From contig RHPI01000193.1 in the NCBI GenBank assembly GCA_009103225.1, positions 349,612 to 413,611 of the forward strand: 64,000 nt of DNA, given 5' to 3'. Below the pieces are notes generated by a model. It was not told the DNA's origin and did no database searches. It saw nothing but the letters and a program-made list of their open reading frames with translations. This DNA is from Chlorokybus atmophyticus. Taxonomy: Eukaryota; Plantae; Mesostigma and Chlorokybus algae. Both the position numbers and the translations under genes were made by a program. Position 1 is the first letter of the stretch, and each line of letters begins with the position of its first letter. This document shows, piece after piece, positions 36,802 to 50,006 of the stretch.

Positions 36802-39469
36802 ACGTTTTTTGACCGGCCGGCTGCAGCCGGAGCTTCGCAAGAAGCTGACCGGCAGCGGTTAAATGCTGTTGTTAGACGTGCTTTGGCGGCTAACTGCGAT
36901 CAGCTGCAGCAATAAAGCCGCAGCTGACCGCAGTTGGGCCGCTGCTGGTGGCCTGGCGGGCGGCCTGGTGCTTTACACCAAGAGCACCAGGCCACGCCGC
37001 TGGCCTGGTCATGCTGGCCTGGTGGCAACCATGCTAGCGTGACCAAGGCAAGGAGTTCACAATCGCTATAGCTACGCCGCCGCCCACGTCGCCGCCGTTG
37101 ATACGACTCAACCACAATGACCACAAGCCATGATGATGGCCTGGTGACATGCACCATGCAATTACAGATGCATGTGTACAAGCCATTCATAGCGCTTAGT
37201 GACACATCTCAATCACAACGCCAAGTGGTCTACTGCAAGTATATTGCGCCACACCACCACCAACAACAACAACAACACATACGTTGCACGCTTTTGTCTT
37301 TGAGCCCACGGTAGGAGGCCCTTCATTAAGGGTTTTTCGCAAGCTAGGCACCTGCATGCAACCTTGTTCGCACAAGCAAACATGCATGCGCATACTTGCA
37401 CTTATAACACACCAGCACTTTCAAGCCCATGCTCCTTCCACCATGGGTTGCTGCTCAAGACCTAGTTGAACTGCCTTTGCAGCGTTGTTGAGTAAATGGT
37501 AGCTCAAGCGGTTCCTATTGTGCATGCAAAACTTCTTGAACTATCCTCGGTAATGCGGGATGTATCAGCTCTGGCGCGAGGTTCCCCTCCAGCCCATGCC
37601 CTGCAGTACGCATAAAACCGCTTCAAGCCGCTCTTGTATTGCTTTTAAGTCGCCTCGCACCTGAGATTCTTAAAAAACCTGTTGTGTGCAATCGAGTGTC
37701 AATACCACGTTGTCACATCAACAACAATCATCTGTCTCGCTTACGCACGCACGCATGCAGGCACACACACAACAGCGGCCCTCCCTCCCTCCCTCTCCCA
37801 CTCAAACACACAAGCACACACACACACACACACACACACCGCAGCTGCACTCAGTCTCCCTCCCTTCCTCTCCCACTCAAACACACAAGCACACTCATTG
37901 CAGCTGCACTCCCTTTTCCTCCCTCCCTCTCCCCCCACCCCCACCACCACCGAACCTTACCTGAGCTACTGCCTCTCTATCTGCATTGTTAACAACCAGG
38001 TTGCCATCCTCTTCCCAACCGCCATCTACACTTCACACGTTTGCCTGCCCTCTATTATAATCTTCTTCCGCGGGTTGTTCATCTTCTTGTAATGCAGGGT
38101 GCTTTTGCTTCTTGCTAACCGTATCTGCAGTCCGATGGCAACGTATTAAGCTTAAGAATATGAGATTACATGTGCATACGAATCAAGCATGTGTTTAGTT
38201 CGCACATTCTCCGTCAATAGTGCACTATGCCGTGCACGTGTGGTGCAAAATGTGGTGAGGTTTGATTGCTGAAATGCAAACACGTGTATAAAGTACAGTA
38301 TAATGCCATGCCATAAATGTATTGCAGTAGCTTGTTAAACTTAATAACATGTCACCGAACACTGCATATGGATAAATGGCAGCATGTATTTTCTATATAG
38401 CTTACATAGCTTATCGCCTGGCACAAACCTGTGCAGTTCTGCCAGCATGGAGGGCGAGGCAAACACCACCAACAACAACAACTTGTTCGGAACAACAATT
38501 GGTGACAGACTTTGTCAAAGAGCAAGTTCCTCCAGACACCCCCACGTGCGCCGCCACTACCGCCGCCCACTAGGCCCATCAGGCCGACTCGGAGGTTAAT
38601 CAACCAAGATCACGTGCGATGGCCCGATTGAGGTGAGCTGCCGGCCAATTGGTCAACCGGTCAAGCCGGTTACGTGTTACACCGACTGCCGGGTTTGAAG
38701 CGTAACACGCGCGTTACCTTATAACTTCAGCAGTTTTGGGCGGGAGGTCGGGTGGTCGACACCCCGCATGTCAATCAGGGACACACATCATCACCTAACC
38801 CGTCACTCACCCTTCCCTTTTCCTTATGCCCAGAGGGTTTATTGTCTCGTTTCTAATGACAATGAGAAGCTTTGCACTTGTCGCCCCGGCCTGTTTATTT
38901 GAAGCAAGAATACGCGAACGCAAGACACCGAGGCCGCGTCCATTGTCACGAAGACGGTTGTTCAAAAACATGGCTCCCTTAGACAAATGAGCGAGTTTGC
39001 GGCAGCGGTCTTGGCTAACTTCGGAAGCTTCAAGCAGGGGCTGAGCTGGGCTTTATTTGCACAGCAGTAAACAACATTACTAGTGGTGCGGCTGTTTAAT
39101 CGGGCCAGCCGGCCGGCCGGCATTCAAGGTCACCTACATCACACATCCCGCGCAAAGGCCATCACACATGCACGGCACCCGCGACTGCCGAGCTGCGCGG
39201 CAGTATGCGCGGCCCTGTAGCTCAGCAATGTAAACGACAACCACAAACAGTGCTTGCATCTACTTGCAATCAGCTGCAGTTGACCACCGTCAAGAACAAC
39301 AACACCCACAATGCTTGCGCGTGTTTATAAATCGCTGCATGTGAATGCGTGTGTTGCATGCGTGTGTGTGCATGCGTGTGTGTATGAGGTTGCTGCTGAC
39401 AAGTGGGTGTTGTGCGCATGTATGCATGTATGCAAGGTTGTTATAGTTAAGCACGTATGCACATGTAGC

Positions 39470-39860
39470 AAGTACCTGCACTGCCTCGTCAATAAGGAGA
39501 AATAGCTTGAGCGTTAGCCATGTGGCATACTTGCCACAATAGACCTTGTTCGCCTCACGTGTTGCATGCCACGATTTCATGTCCTTTTGCCACTTCTTCA
39601 ACTCATTATTGTATTTGAGATTCGCGGCGGCACAGTAGGTGTGGACAGCGGCAGCTTTTGAGGACGCCCCACACGTCTTTTCGCCGTCGCCGTCGCTGCC
39701 TCGCGTGCAGCTCGCTTTTCAACCAGTTGACTTGCAGCATGCTCCAAAGCGATTCTAGCCTGTTGCTCTTAGTGTTGCTCGGCCGTCACATATTTAACGC
39801 CCATTTGGAACAGTGTTCGATGGCGCTTCGGCACTGGACTTGAAGTACCGCTAGCCATGC
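39470..39860 (-). mobile_element. Possible decayed N-terminus of a pogo-like transposase
   Basis: MASGTSSPVPKR..AKRRVGRPQK (AT-hook-like) followed by GKYATWLTLKLFLLIDEAVQ|gt; stops and a frameshift; no DDE domain seen. Confidence 0.28.
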
Positions 39861-42211
39861 CGCCGCTGCCATCACCATCGCCGTCGTATGCTCAGTTTGC
39901 GCAGTTTCCCGCCATTTGCGGCACAAAGCGCCGATGATTTGAGTTTTCAACAATTTGACCTAACGGTGCCAACAATTTATAACAATTTGTTTATCGCTGC
40001 TGAATCCCTAGTTGAAATTACAACCTAAGGCATTTGATAATTATTTTACATTGTAATGTATGTGGCAGTGCGGCAATAGATCTTGGCCGTCCAAAGTACA
40101 TCTAAGGAGTAAAATACATGCCAATAAGTGTAATTGTGAGCACAGTATGCACCGTGCGCAGATATGGCCACTTACGGCAGCAGGTTGTTCAACAGTACAA
40201 GTTGTATGTGGAATATTTTGTAACAGTAAATGATATGATAAAATATGTATACAAGGGGGTAGTTCTATTTGATCTAATGCAAGTTTGTTGGATTAACACA
40301 GTCTGGTCGCTTGATCCACACACAGGCAACATTAACAGTCCATATCTACTCGTATTGCAATAAGTCAAATGACCATTTCATGTATTATTATATTAAACAG
40401 CAATCCACCCCACATCATTAACTACTGTGTATTTATTACTCCACCGCTGGATGCGTGAGCACTACCATCTGCAATGGACACACTTTAAGCATAGTTGCAC
40501 GGTACGTAATACGAATACACATACGACATGACATAGCCACAAGTATTGTATAGCGTCTTTATACAATGTGCTATTAATGATCATGATTAACTGCATGTAT
40601 GCAACCATTTCTAAGCCTATACACCTCACCACAGCCACCGCGTGCAACGCAACTTCAATAAAGTGTGTACATATACAATACGTGCAGTGCACTTCATTAA
40701 TTGTAACATGTGAATGCTAAAAATTTCAATGGCAATAGTAATTCAATGATCAAGTAAGTTTGATTAACGATTGTGTATATTCAATGCAATTTGCAAATCG
40801 GATAGTGCCATGCAATTATGACTCATAATGAGGTGGCCATCAAAAAGCCACGAGCAATACAACCGGTTGGTTTCAGCAGCATTTAGTACTCTTGTTGACG
40901 ACACTGATAGAGATGATGTAGCTTATGAAATTGCGGACAACACGGTTACGATGCACAAGTGCCGGCAGCACGCGCAAATTATTACCAATGTTCACGGTGA
41001 ATACATATTTGTATCACCACGTGTGCGGCTTTTAATCCCATTGCTGCACCTGCACATGCAAACCCCACATTCAGTAGCTACAACATTTGCATACTCACAC
41101 AAGCGCCGGCTGCGGGTACTTGGCATGATGTCTTTAACGCAAGTCAGTATTACATAAATTGCATCCATATTGGTAACCACCGCAATCTTAGCAATGTGTC
41201 ACAGACAAGTAGCTCGACACATCACATGATAATCAATGCACAAAGACAACTACAAATGGATATTCATCACATGAACAATAAAAAACGCACCGCTCACACC
41301 CGTGACAATGTATTGTATAACTGTTGCAGTATACGTATCATCATACAGTTTTATAATTAATATATAACGTATTGAATAGATGCGCGGTTTACGTCTCAAT
41401 GGTACTAATATAAAAGCCGGGAAAAAAAATTCTTAAATAATATATATGTTTAACATACAATGGATGAATGCAGTATACAAACTTCATTATTGTGGCAAAA
41501 AAGAATGAGCACAAATTTAATAGCACGACGCGAGACGTGTAGTTACATTTCGGGTCCCTGTACTAAAGCAATCAACGTGACAGCACCTTAATGACATTAA
41601 CAGTGTTTACCATGGCATGTCATTAATGGCTTGGAAATTGTAATAAATGCATTGCAGTTACATCATGGCGCATGACGTCATGAGACGTCGACGCTCTTAC
41701 GACAATTCAATTAGGGGTACTGCTGTGTGTCTTCGAGAATCGCAGCTTCTGCCATGCCAAATCAGACCTCCCGATCCCGCGATTCCCGCCACTCCCAGCG
41801 CGCGACCTGTCCGCCTCGGTACGCTTCTTGAGCGCGGCAGGTGTCAGCCACCTAGGCAAGCAGCTCAGAGCAGCAGGCATAGGAGCAGCGCGCCGGACCC
41901 GTCAGCGTTCTCATCACGTTGCTGACCGAAAGGGAGAGATCAGCCCGCCAGCTTGGAACTGCCACCCGGTTTAGCAGACCAGAGATTTTACGTCTTGAAC
42001 TTGAAACAAAGTCACGGTTCGTCGGCGTAATGGCGTTAGAGTCCACGTAGAAGTTACTTCTGACCGCGAATGTGACGGGGTGGTGCTGACTTAAATGCAA
42101 GATGCTGTTGACCGCTGTTTCTTTGCTACGCAGCAAGCAGGAGGCCGCGGCAGTAATATTGGCGCCTTGAGCAGTTTGAGAGCCAAGACAGTGCTCAGCC
42201 TACAGCGTTCA

Positions 42212-42220
42212 AAACCCTAG
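42212..42220 (+). promoter_or_regulatory. Telo-box-like motif (AAACCCTAG) about 60 bp upstream of the DUF1622 ATG
   Basis: aaaccctag next to a GC-rich 5'UTR; telo-boxes are known plant promoter/5'UTR elements. Confidence 0.4.
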
Positions 42221-42280
42221 GTCGGCGGTAGTTGGGCGGCGGCGGCGGCGGGGGCAGTAGGGTGATTGTGGAGGTCAACC

Positions 42281-43458
42281 ATGGTGACCGGGGTGATGGA
42301 GGTGGCTGGGGCGTCATCTTCCTCGGTGGTGGTGGTGCGATCGCATGCTGGTCGGAGGATGCTGGCCGCAGTCCGCAGACCACGGTACACTGACTTCTCG
42401 TGTGTTTGGGCGTCACGCTTGCTTGCCAGCTGGCTTATGCAAGCTCGCCCTTTCGTTGCAGCTGTCGGATTGGCTGCTCGGCTGAGTACGAGTCGTCTCG
42501 ACCGTCAACCAGCCGCAACAGCGGCGATCATGCCGTGAGTATGCGCACTGCACGCATTGCGCATGACCTAGGTGTTGGTGCAGGGGCTCAGCAAGTGGTG
42601 TTGTAGTCAACAGTTGGTTTCCCGTTATACTGATATTTGCTTGCTGCAGGTACTGTCGTCGTCTTCTGTGTATGCCAACGACAGGCACATGACCATAGAC
42701 AGCAGCACAAGCAGCGGGAGGAGCTCACACAATGTAGTAGATCAGCTTCTGAATGGTGCTAAAGGGCTGCTGACATCGTTTGACGGCGGGGGTGACACTT
42801 GGGATGGAGGCGACGGGGACAAGGGCGGCCGGCATTTCATGCGGCGTGTAGGCGAGGACGACGGCGGCTTTCACGACCGTCATGAAGAAGATGAGGTTTG
42901 TTGCTGTTGAATCAGCAAGTGTCCGTTGGCAGCTGTTTGCAGGTCGCTGATTGCTTTGCCTTTGCAGAACGACATCTTCACACAATTCTACCGTCACACA
43001 AGCAAGGCGCTCGCGACCAGTGGTGTCCTTGTTGTCCTCCTGGGTGGGATGCGTGCTTGGGTTGCATTGTGCAGACTGCTCGTCAGCAGGCGCTGGTTCA
43101 AGGACGAGCAGCTTTCTCCGGCAATCATGATGCTGCGATTCAAGGTCAGTTATTATGCATATTTGGGCTTGTTCAACACCGCTCCAAGCTGTGTGCATGC
43201 TCTGTCATAAATTACGTGTGCTTAGAATTGCATTGTCGCGTGCAGTTTTGCAACACGGTTCTGCTGTCATTGGACTTTCTTGTGGCGAGTGACGTGGTGG
43301 AAACATTGACCAGCCCGCTTCACAAGCTGGCTGCTCGTGAGCTGACTTCTCTCGCTGCACTCATTCTCATCCGCGCGCTGCTCTCCCATTTGCTGGATTT
43401 GGAGATCCGGCACATTGACCATCACATGGCTCGGCCTGTCAAGGTGAAGTCACATTAG
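42281..43458 (+). CDS. DUF1622-family membrane protein with a long N-terminal extension (likely organelle transit peptide), 5 exons
   Basis: C-terminal exons give TM SGVLVVLLGGMRAWVAL, IMMLRFK|FCNTVLLSLDFLVASDVVETLTSP and LAALILIRALLSHLLDLEI, matching DUF1622 (R..lg..llLgLeFlvAaDii.Tv..P...L..iv.IR..LsyfL..Ei). Splice phases are consistent from ATG 42281. Confidence 0.78.
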
Positions 43459-44525
43459 CTGAATCTACAGCTGTGTACCATACTTGTGCGGCGCCTTGTA
43501 GCATAGCAGCATCCTGGCACGGTTTTGGTTTGGAACCATGAAGCGGACTGTGCACAGTCCTCGTCAGTTTCGTAGATATATAGAGTTGGGCAGATTCTTT
43601 TCCAAATTGTGAGTGGTAGCCGCAGCTGTGTGGCCCTTCCTGGTTGTTGTGTGTTGTTAGTGATTATTGGCCAGTATACTTGTTGGCTGTGTGCTGTGCG
43701 TGCGCATCATATTCTTCTAAGCTGGTGCATGGGTAATCGCGATTGTTGTCATGGTGCTTACTGGTGCCCCGCATGGTTGGAACAACAGGTTGTGTCCATT
43801 AGTAACAGCCTGTGCACACCAGCATTGTCAGCAATTTTGCCTTGAGTAGAGCGTAATGCTATCTGACTGTGCCGCCGTCCAGTGGCAACCTGTGCGCATT
43901 TGTTGTGTGCAAAGATCATAATGTAACACCCCATTATGCATGACGCAGAAGAACGAAGTGTACCCATTGCCTGTAAGCATTCATGGCTTCTTGTGTAGTG
44001 GGCATGCAGTTGTTACCACCGATAGCTGTTTTGGTTAGGCATGGACATGTTCCTGGACCCTTGCCCGCATTTCTCTAATGTGCCAGTAGTGTTTTTAAAG
44101 TTAGCTGACCACAGCCATGCGGGGATAAAACCACAATCTGCTAACACCAGATTGCTACTCAGCTATGTACCATTGTTACGTGTAGAGAACAACGCTGCCA
44201 GGTTTGGGGGTCAACTACGGGTGTATTGCATGGAAATGGACGGTTGTCCACAACAAATTGCATGTTTCTGCAAGCCCGCATTTGCATGGTGGTAAGAATC
44301 ATCAAACACCTATACTGTAACAACATTATGTCGCAATCAATCCTCGATCATACCTATCAATAATAATGGTTGCTGATGGGTATAGGATTAGGTTGACGCT
44401 GTTATAAACATGCATTTTCATATCATGCACCACATAGCCCATCACAGGCGCTTGCATGCTACATCCACGACTACCTAGCTATTTCTACCTTCTACTCAAC
44501 CCCTGCTTCTACCACCTCACTGTTA

Positions 44526-44853
44526 CCGTATTTCAACATATACAGGCCCCCCCGTTTATAACACCCTCCATTGATATTTCGGGAGGGGGGGGTCTTGTTT
44601 AGCCACCCCCTTTTACACTCATGTTCCCCTACATCCCCTAATACAACACCCCCTATTGGATTTAAGGGNNNNNNNNNNNNNNNNNNNNNNNNNNNNNNNN
44701 NNNNNNNNNNNNNNNNNNNNNNNNNNNNNNNNNNNNNNNNNNNNNNNNNNNNNNNNNNNNNNNNNNNNNNNNNNNNNNNNNNNNNGCCGTAAACAATGTT
44801 CACATTGTTTAGGGCTTTGTTTTAAGGGGAGGGTTGTATTCGACAATATACGA
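44526..44853. mobile_element. pogo-type MITE (CCGTA termini, TA flanks) containing an assembly gap (44669-44785)
   Basis: TA|ccgtatttcaacatatacaggccccccc on the left; right end rc TA|tcgtatattgtcgaatacaaccctcccc; same C-run subterminal style as 7904-9166. Confidence 0.5.
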
Positions 44854-45539
44854 TAGTCATGCATTAGCGGCAGTGGTGATGGTAATCACATGCACAACAA
44901 CTGTGGTGTGAGCGATGTTGCCACCATGCCTTCGAGCAATCATGGGGTATTGTATATTTAATACATGGAGAAGGGAATTGCCACAGATCACACCACTCAT
45001 GCAACACGCGGCACAACACACTCACCTCATTGCTACATACATGACCACAAGATTACCTACTATATTACTACCCCCAATTCAAATGTGCAAATGTACAATA
45101 TCATACAACAAGCATAATGGACAAACGGGCTTGCAACATGTAAGAAAGCGACGCAAAACCATATACAATTTGACGAAGGGGTGCATATGGTTTATGGCTC
45201 ATTAACAATGGGTATGAGGAGTGTGAGTACATGTTTGTACATGTTGCAATAGAATGTATGTGTGTTGCCAAGATGAGCACCTTGCATTGCAACATTAATT
45301 AACAATGAATCAACATTGCAACATAACGTATTGAATATGCAAGTACATATTTGCATACCGGTTCTTCATTGCGCACACGCATACCGATCATAGATCAACC
45401 CATATGCAAGTTTATTGTGCATGTGCATGTCACGGCGCTCTGTAGCTGGCAGGATGGAATAAGTGTAGAAGCGGAAGTTTGTATTAGTGTTGACTTTTTT
45501 AAGTTTGTGAATTGTACTGCTGCTAAATCTCCTGAGAGT

Positions 45540-45608
45540 ATATTGCCCTCAAGATTGCTTATCGCATACAAATCCATCTTTGTATGCGATAAGTCAGTAG
45601 GGCAATAT
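45540..45608. repeat. Hairpin: perfect 15-bp inner stem (45558-45572/45579-45593) plus a 10-bp outer stem
   Basis: cttatcgcatacaaa tccatc tttgtatgcgataag, flanked by atattgccct / agggcaatat. Confidence 0.95.
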
Positions 45609-45919
45609 AAATTGTAGACAGTGCATTCACGGAATCACGAGTGAATGTGCATCATTTTGATCGACAAAACGTGCACCCGCAAAGCTTGTTCAACAAAATA
45701 TCTGTGTCAGCTTACTACTAATGGAGGTGCCTTCGCCTTGACTTTTGTTACCCTGCTGCAGGCATCAGTCTTCAATGGTTCTTTCACTCATCAAGTTGCA
45801 TGATGCATGCAATTGCATGCAGCAATGGCAACTGCCAACGATCATGCTCTTGCGCGGGAATTCTGCGCACCAAAGAACGCGCGAAGTACGTTTCGTACGA
45901 TGGACTGCGTACGGCTGCT

Positions 45920-48900
45920 ATGGAAAAAAGAATAAACCAACTTTATGCTAGTGCAGGTTGTTCAGGACTTGGGCGGAGGTGACGCTGTCATTGGGGAGGA
46001 CTGTGGCAAGCGAGGTGGGAGGGCCGACCTGTGAGGCATTGCCGTCGTGGCTTGCTTGTCTTCTATTGAGCGTCTGTACAACACATTCTGCCAGGCAGTG
46101 TTGTACCTAGTGGGCTGGACCTGGAAGTCAATGTAGTGTGCTGGGCTGTTGGTGTGCTAGGGTTTCTTTGTCCAGGCTTGGGGTCAAGCAAGGGCGTACC
46201 ACCAGGCGAACGCAAGACCAGGCCAGACTAAGCGGCATCAGGCAGGGCCGGACCAGGCCAGATTGGGCCGGGCCAGGCCATGCGTGCAGGGCAGGCTGCA
46301 GGAGAAAGGCAAGCTGCTGCAGCTGAGCATGCCATGTCCATACGGCATTGAGGTTTGACAGCAGTCAAGCCAGCTGGCGGGCGTCAAAAATGTTCAGCCG
46401 GCCGTCCGCCCGGGTGCTGAGAGTTATTGTGGTGCTGCCTTTTGCGCTGGCGGCTGTGGCATTTGCAGTGCACCTTTCAAGGTTAGGTCATGATGGAATG
46501 TTCCTTTCGACAGCATAAGCGTACAGTTGCGTGCCTGCACACTTCTGCAATGCATGCATTGTGAATGTCGCATGTATTGTCACTGTGATTGAGTGATATA
46601 GCCTTCCTCAGGCTCTCCCTATACTTGACTACTACAATTGTTCGCTTACAACGCGTGAGTAGTGCATCGGCTGTGCCTGCCTCAGCGTGGAAAACTCATG
46701 TTGCGTGTACTGGAACAGTGTGGTGTGTCTTACAACACAGAGCATGCAGCCCTGTTGTTATTTCCAGTGCAAAAGGCACGACATGTGATTGACTCGTATT
46801 GGTCGTGGTTCTGGCCCATCTTCCTTGGGTTGGATGCCTTATCATTGCATATACTTTATCAACTTGCTTGCTGGGCTGGCTAGTCACTCCTTTGCCCAAG
46901 TACATCACAGCTGTATGATACCTTTGCTGAACTGTCTGCATGCAGACGCATGAGCATCATGCGCATAGCGTTTGCATTCACTGTGACAGCCCGGCTGATT
47001 CAAGTCAATTGCAGTGGCTATGACCCTTTGGAGTCGCAAACAAAGGTCGGCGATCTGTCTAGACTACCCGGCGTGAAGCCGTTTTTCCACAAGGGTCACA
47101 CCTTGGAAGTCCTTGACCCATCGCAACAAGGCGCGCATGCGAGGAAATCCCAGTCTATACTGCCTGAAACGACTGGGCCAATTGTGCGTGTAACACCATT
47201 TCATGTGCATCCATGTAGTCTTTGAAGAGTGGGTGTTTCCGATTGTGCGATGGTGTTGGGTAAATAGTATCTTTCTGATGCCAGGTAGGCATCTCAACAA
47301 CAACGGCGGCGGGTGCGGAGCAGGTTGTGCCATGGGTTCACTACCACAGAGGGTTGGGTGTGTCCCATTTTTTCATTTTTGGCAGCGGGAAGGCCATGCT
47401 TCCAGAGCATGCAGACTTGATTGAGGCTGAAGAGGTACGTCGTGACAGATATGGTGTGTTAACTCACTTGCAAGTAGCTTAGCTTGTATCTGATGCAGGG
47501 GGTGCATTTCATCAAGCGCACTCCAGAGCTGATAGCCAAACAGAATGAGAGGTGAGTGCGTTGCAGTTATGATGTTGTCACAGTTATGCATATGCTGATT
47601 CCTGGCTGGTGTCATTGGCAGTCGGATCTTAAATGAGTGGTGGCTTGCGCCTTACATGAATAAGCCATGCAATTATCTTCTATCGGTGCACCAAAATCTC
47701 AACCTTGAGATGGGCATACAAATGGCCAGGGTAAGGCATCATTTATCAGCTCCAATGCACTCAAGTTATGATGATTGATGAATGTTCGCAGACACACAAT
47801 GTATGTGTACACTACTGCTTGTGGGTTTTGTGATGTGTGGGCACTTAGTCAGCTTGGCAACGCATTGTACAGGACAACAAAGTAGAGTGGCTGTTTCATA
47901 TTGACACCGACGAGCTGGTGTATCCCGCTGGCAGCCCAACCTTTTCCATCCAACGCATGCTGGCGGACATACCGAGCGATGTTGATAATGTTGTTTTTGC
48001 TAACTATGAGGCCCTCGCTGAACGAGATGATGTGCAGGTCAGTTGTACTCTCAGTGAGTGCTACAGCTGCGCTCGTCCATGTGGTTATCGTTCACCCATG
48101 AAGAGGCTGTTAACGGCAAGTTCTGAAATGCAGGAGCCTTTCACGGAGGTCACGTTGTTCAAGAAGAACTATGACCACGTGCTGCGTGATCAGTATTTTG
48201 CCAACTATCGCGATGTTGCCAAGGGCAATCCTAACTACTACTTAACATACGCCAATGGGAAGTCTGTGGCTCGCATTAAAGAAGGTACATATGTTGCGAT
48301 GGTCACCAATGCAAGTTGTGTATAGTGCGCGTAAACTGACCTGCAATTGTTGCTCATGGCAGGATTGAGACCTAATGGGGCACACCGGTTTCACAATTAC
48401 ATCAAGCAACCCAAGGAAGTGCAGCATGACGAGGCCGCCATTCTGCACTATGTATATACCAAGTTCTCAGATCTTACCACCAGAAAAAACAGGTCTGCAT
48501 GCAAGCCACGCAAATGCATTCAACTTGACATATGATGCATCCAACACATCCATTTTACCACATATCAACATCCTGGTGGCTTCCACGACTGATATCATTC
48601 GTCCTTGTGTTGTAAGGTGTGGCTGCAAACCAGTGAAGGAAGAAGCTGAGAAATGCTTCATACTGGAATTTGACAGGCAAGCGTTTCTCAAGGCTTCACT
48701 GGAGTCGGAGGCTGAGCTTTTCAAGTGGTATCAAGAGCATGTGGTGTTTTCTGACCCAAAGGTGGTGCGGAAGTTGATAACGTCAGGCCTGTTTGACCGG
48801 ATGTACGAGCCGCAAATTGTTATCAAGAACTCCATGGAGAGAACGCGCGCTTTGAGGGTAGCTGAAGCGGCTGCCAATGCTGCTGAGTTGCTGCCAAGCA

Positions 48901-48956
48901 ACAGCCTGATGCAGCCTAACGCCTCGCAAACAAGCAGCTTGAGCACACAAATGTAA
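45920..48956 (+). CDS. KOB1: KOBITO1/ELD1/ABI8-like glycosyltransferase-like protein (type II membrane); N-terminal exon structure partly uncertain
   Basis: [17 protein letters not shown]; [26 protein letters not shown]; [21 protein letters not shown]; [15 protein letters not shown]; [15 protein letters not shown]; [17 protein letters not shown]; [12 protein letters not shown]; [23 protein letters not shown]; CFILEFDR. Near-continuous match to recalled Arabidopsis KOB1. Confidence 0.93.
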
Positions 48957-49530
48957 TTTTGTGATGCTTGTGTGCAGATGTGTACTGAAAGTGCTTGTTG
49001 TGTTTGACACGCTGCATTGCGGTCGTGCTGTCGTGTGTCGTGTAATTACCGCCGCCAGCATTTGTGGACAAGAACGTGGTTTCGTTGACCGTTGATGTGC
49101 TGACCAAACATCCAACACTACAATGAGAGAGTGAGATAATGCGGACATAGCTTTCACTGCATAGATTTCATATGCATTGCTGCTGGTCCTGTGACAAGGA
49201 TTATGTAAGTCATGAGAACCTGCGCAATCAATAAGGCAACTGATAACATGCACATGGCTCGCATGGCACAGTGCAGGCAACGTGCATGTAGGACACTCTA
49301 CATCTTCTCTACATGCTATGTGCATGCAGTGCGGCGTGTGGCACGGCAGTCGTAACACTCTTTGACCGACTTGAAGATTTCATAGGTTGCGCACTGCAGC
49401 ACGCACGCACATTCACACACGGTGTGTGCGTGCCTCTGTATATACAATGTGGTATATGAAGCACACGATACCCTTACGCATCAGGGCACATGCGCGACTG
49501 TGGCAGTCAGTGACACGGCGCGCGCGCGCG

Positions 49531-50006
<476 letters not shown>

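Larger units (their letters stand above)
35540..38470 (-). mobile_element. Crypton-type (tyrosine recombinase, Ndc10 domain II/GCR1-related) DNA transposon remnant with spliceosomal introns
   Basis: In order on the minus strand: N-terminal EAT*KQYKSGLKRFYAYCR..ITEDS (37670-37540); APVIMIHSNG(G/E)KTNHNGH.TNIGASRH.N.QVCAVVGTAL (36400-36085); KCYADRVSGSQAADAKGVNTAAIARRGKW...LYVEKLPTEMLLSSAG (35900-35745; HxxR degraded to YADR, W and catalytic Y kept); PLEALLRLIWPWVDGEL (35612-35560). All recall fungal/oomycete Crypton motifs. Confidence 0.78.

Noticed and set aside
40000-41700. AT-rich block as a gene or horizontally acquired island
   Set aside because: Only short, motif-less ORFs; most likely very old TE debris, and nothing specific can be supported.
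41930-42130. snRNA/snoRNA/telomerase RNA upstream of the DUF1622 gene
   Set aside because: No recognisable U-snRNA, box C/D, SRP or RNase P/MRP motifs; no USE+TATA Pol III promoter or template region seen.
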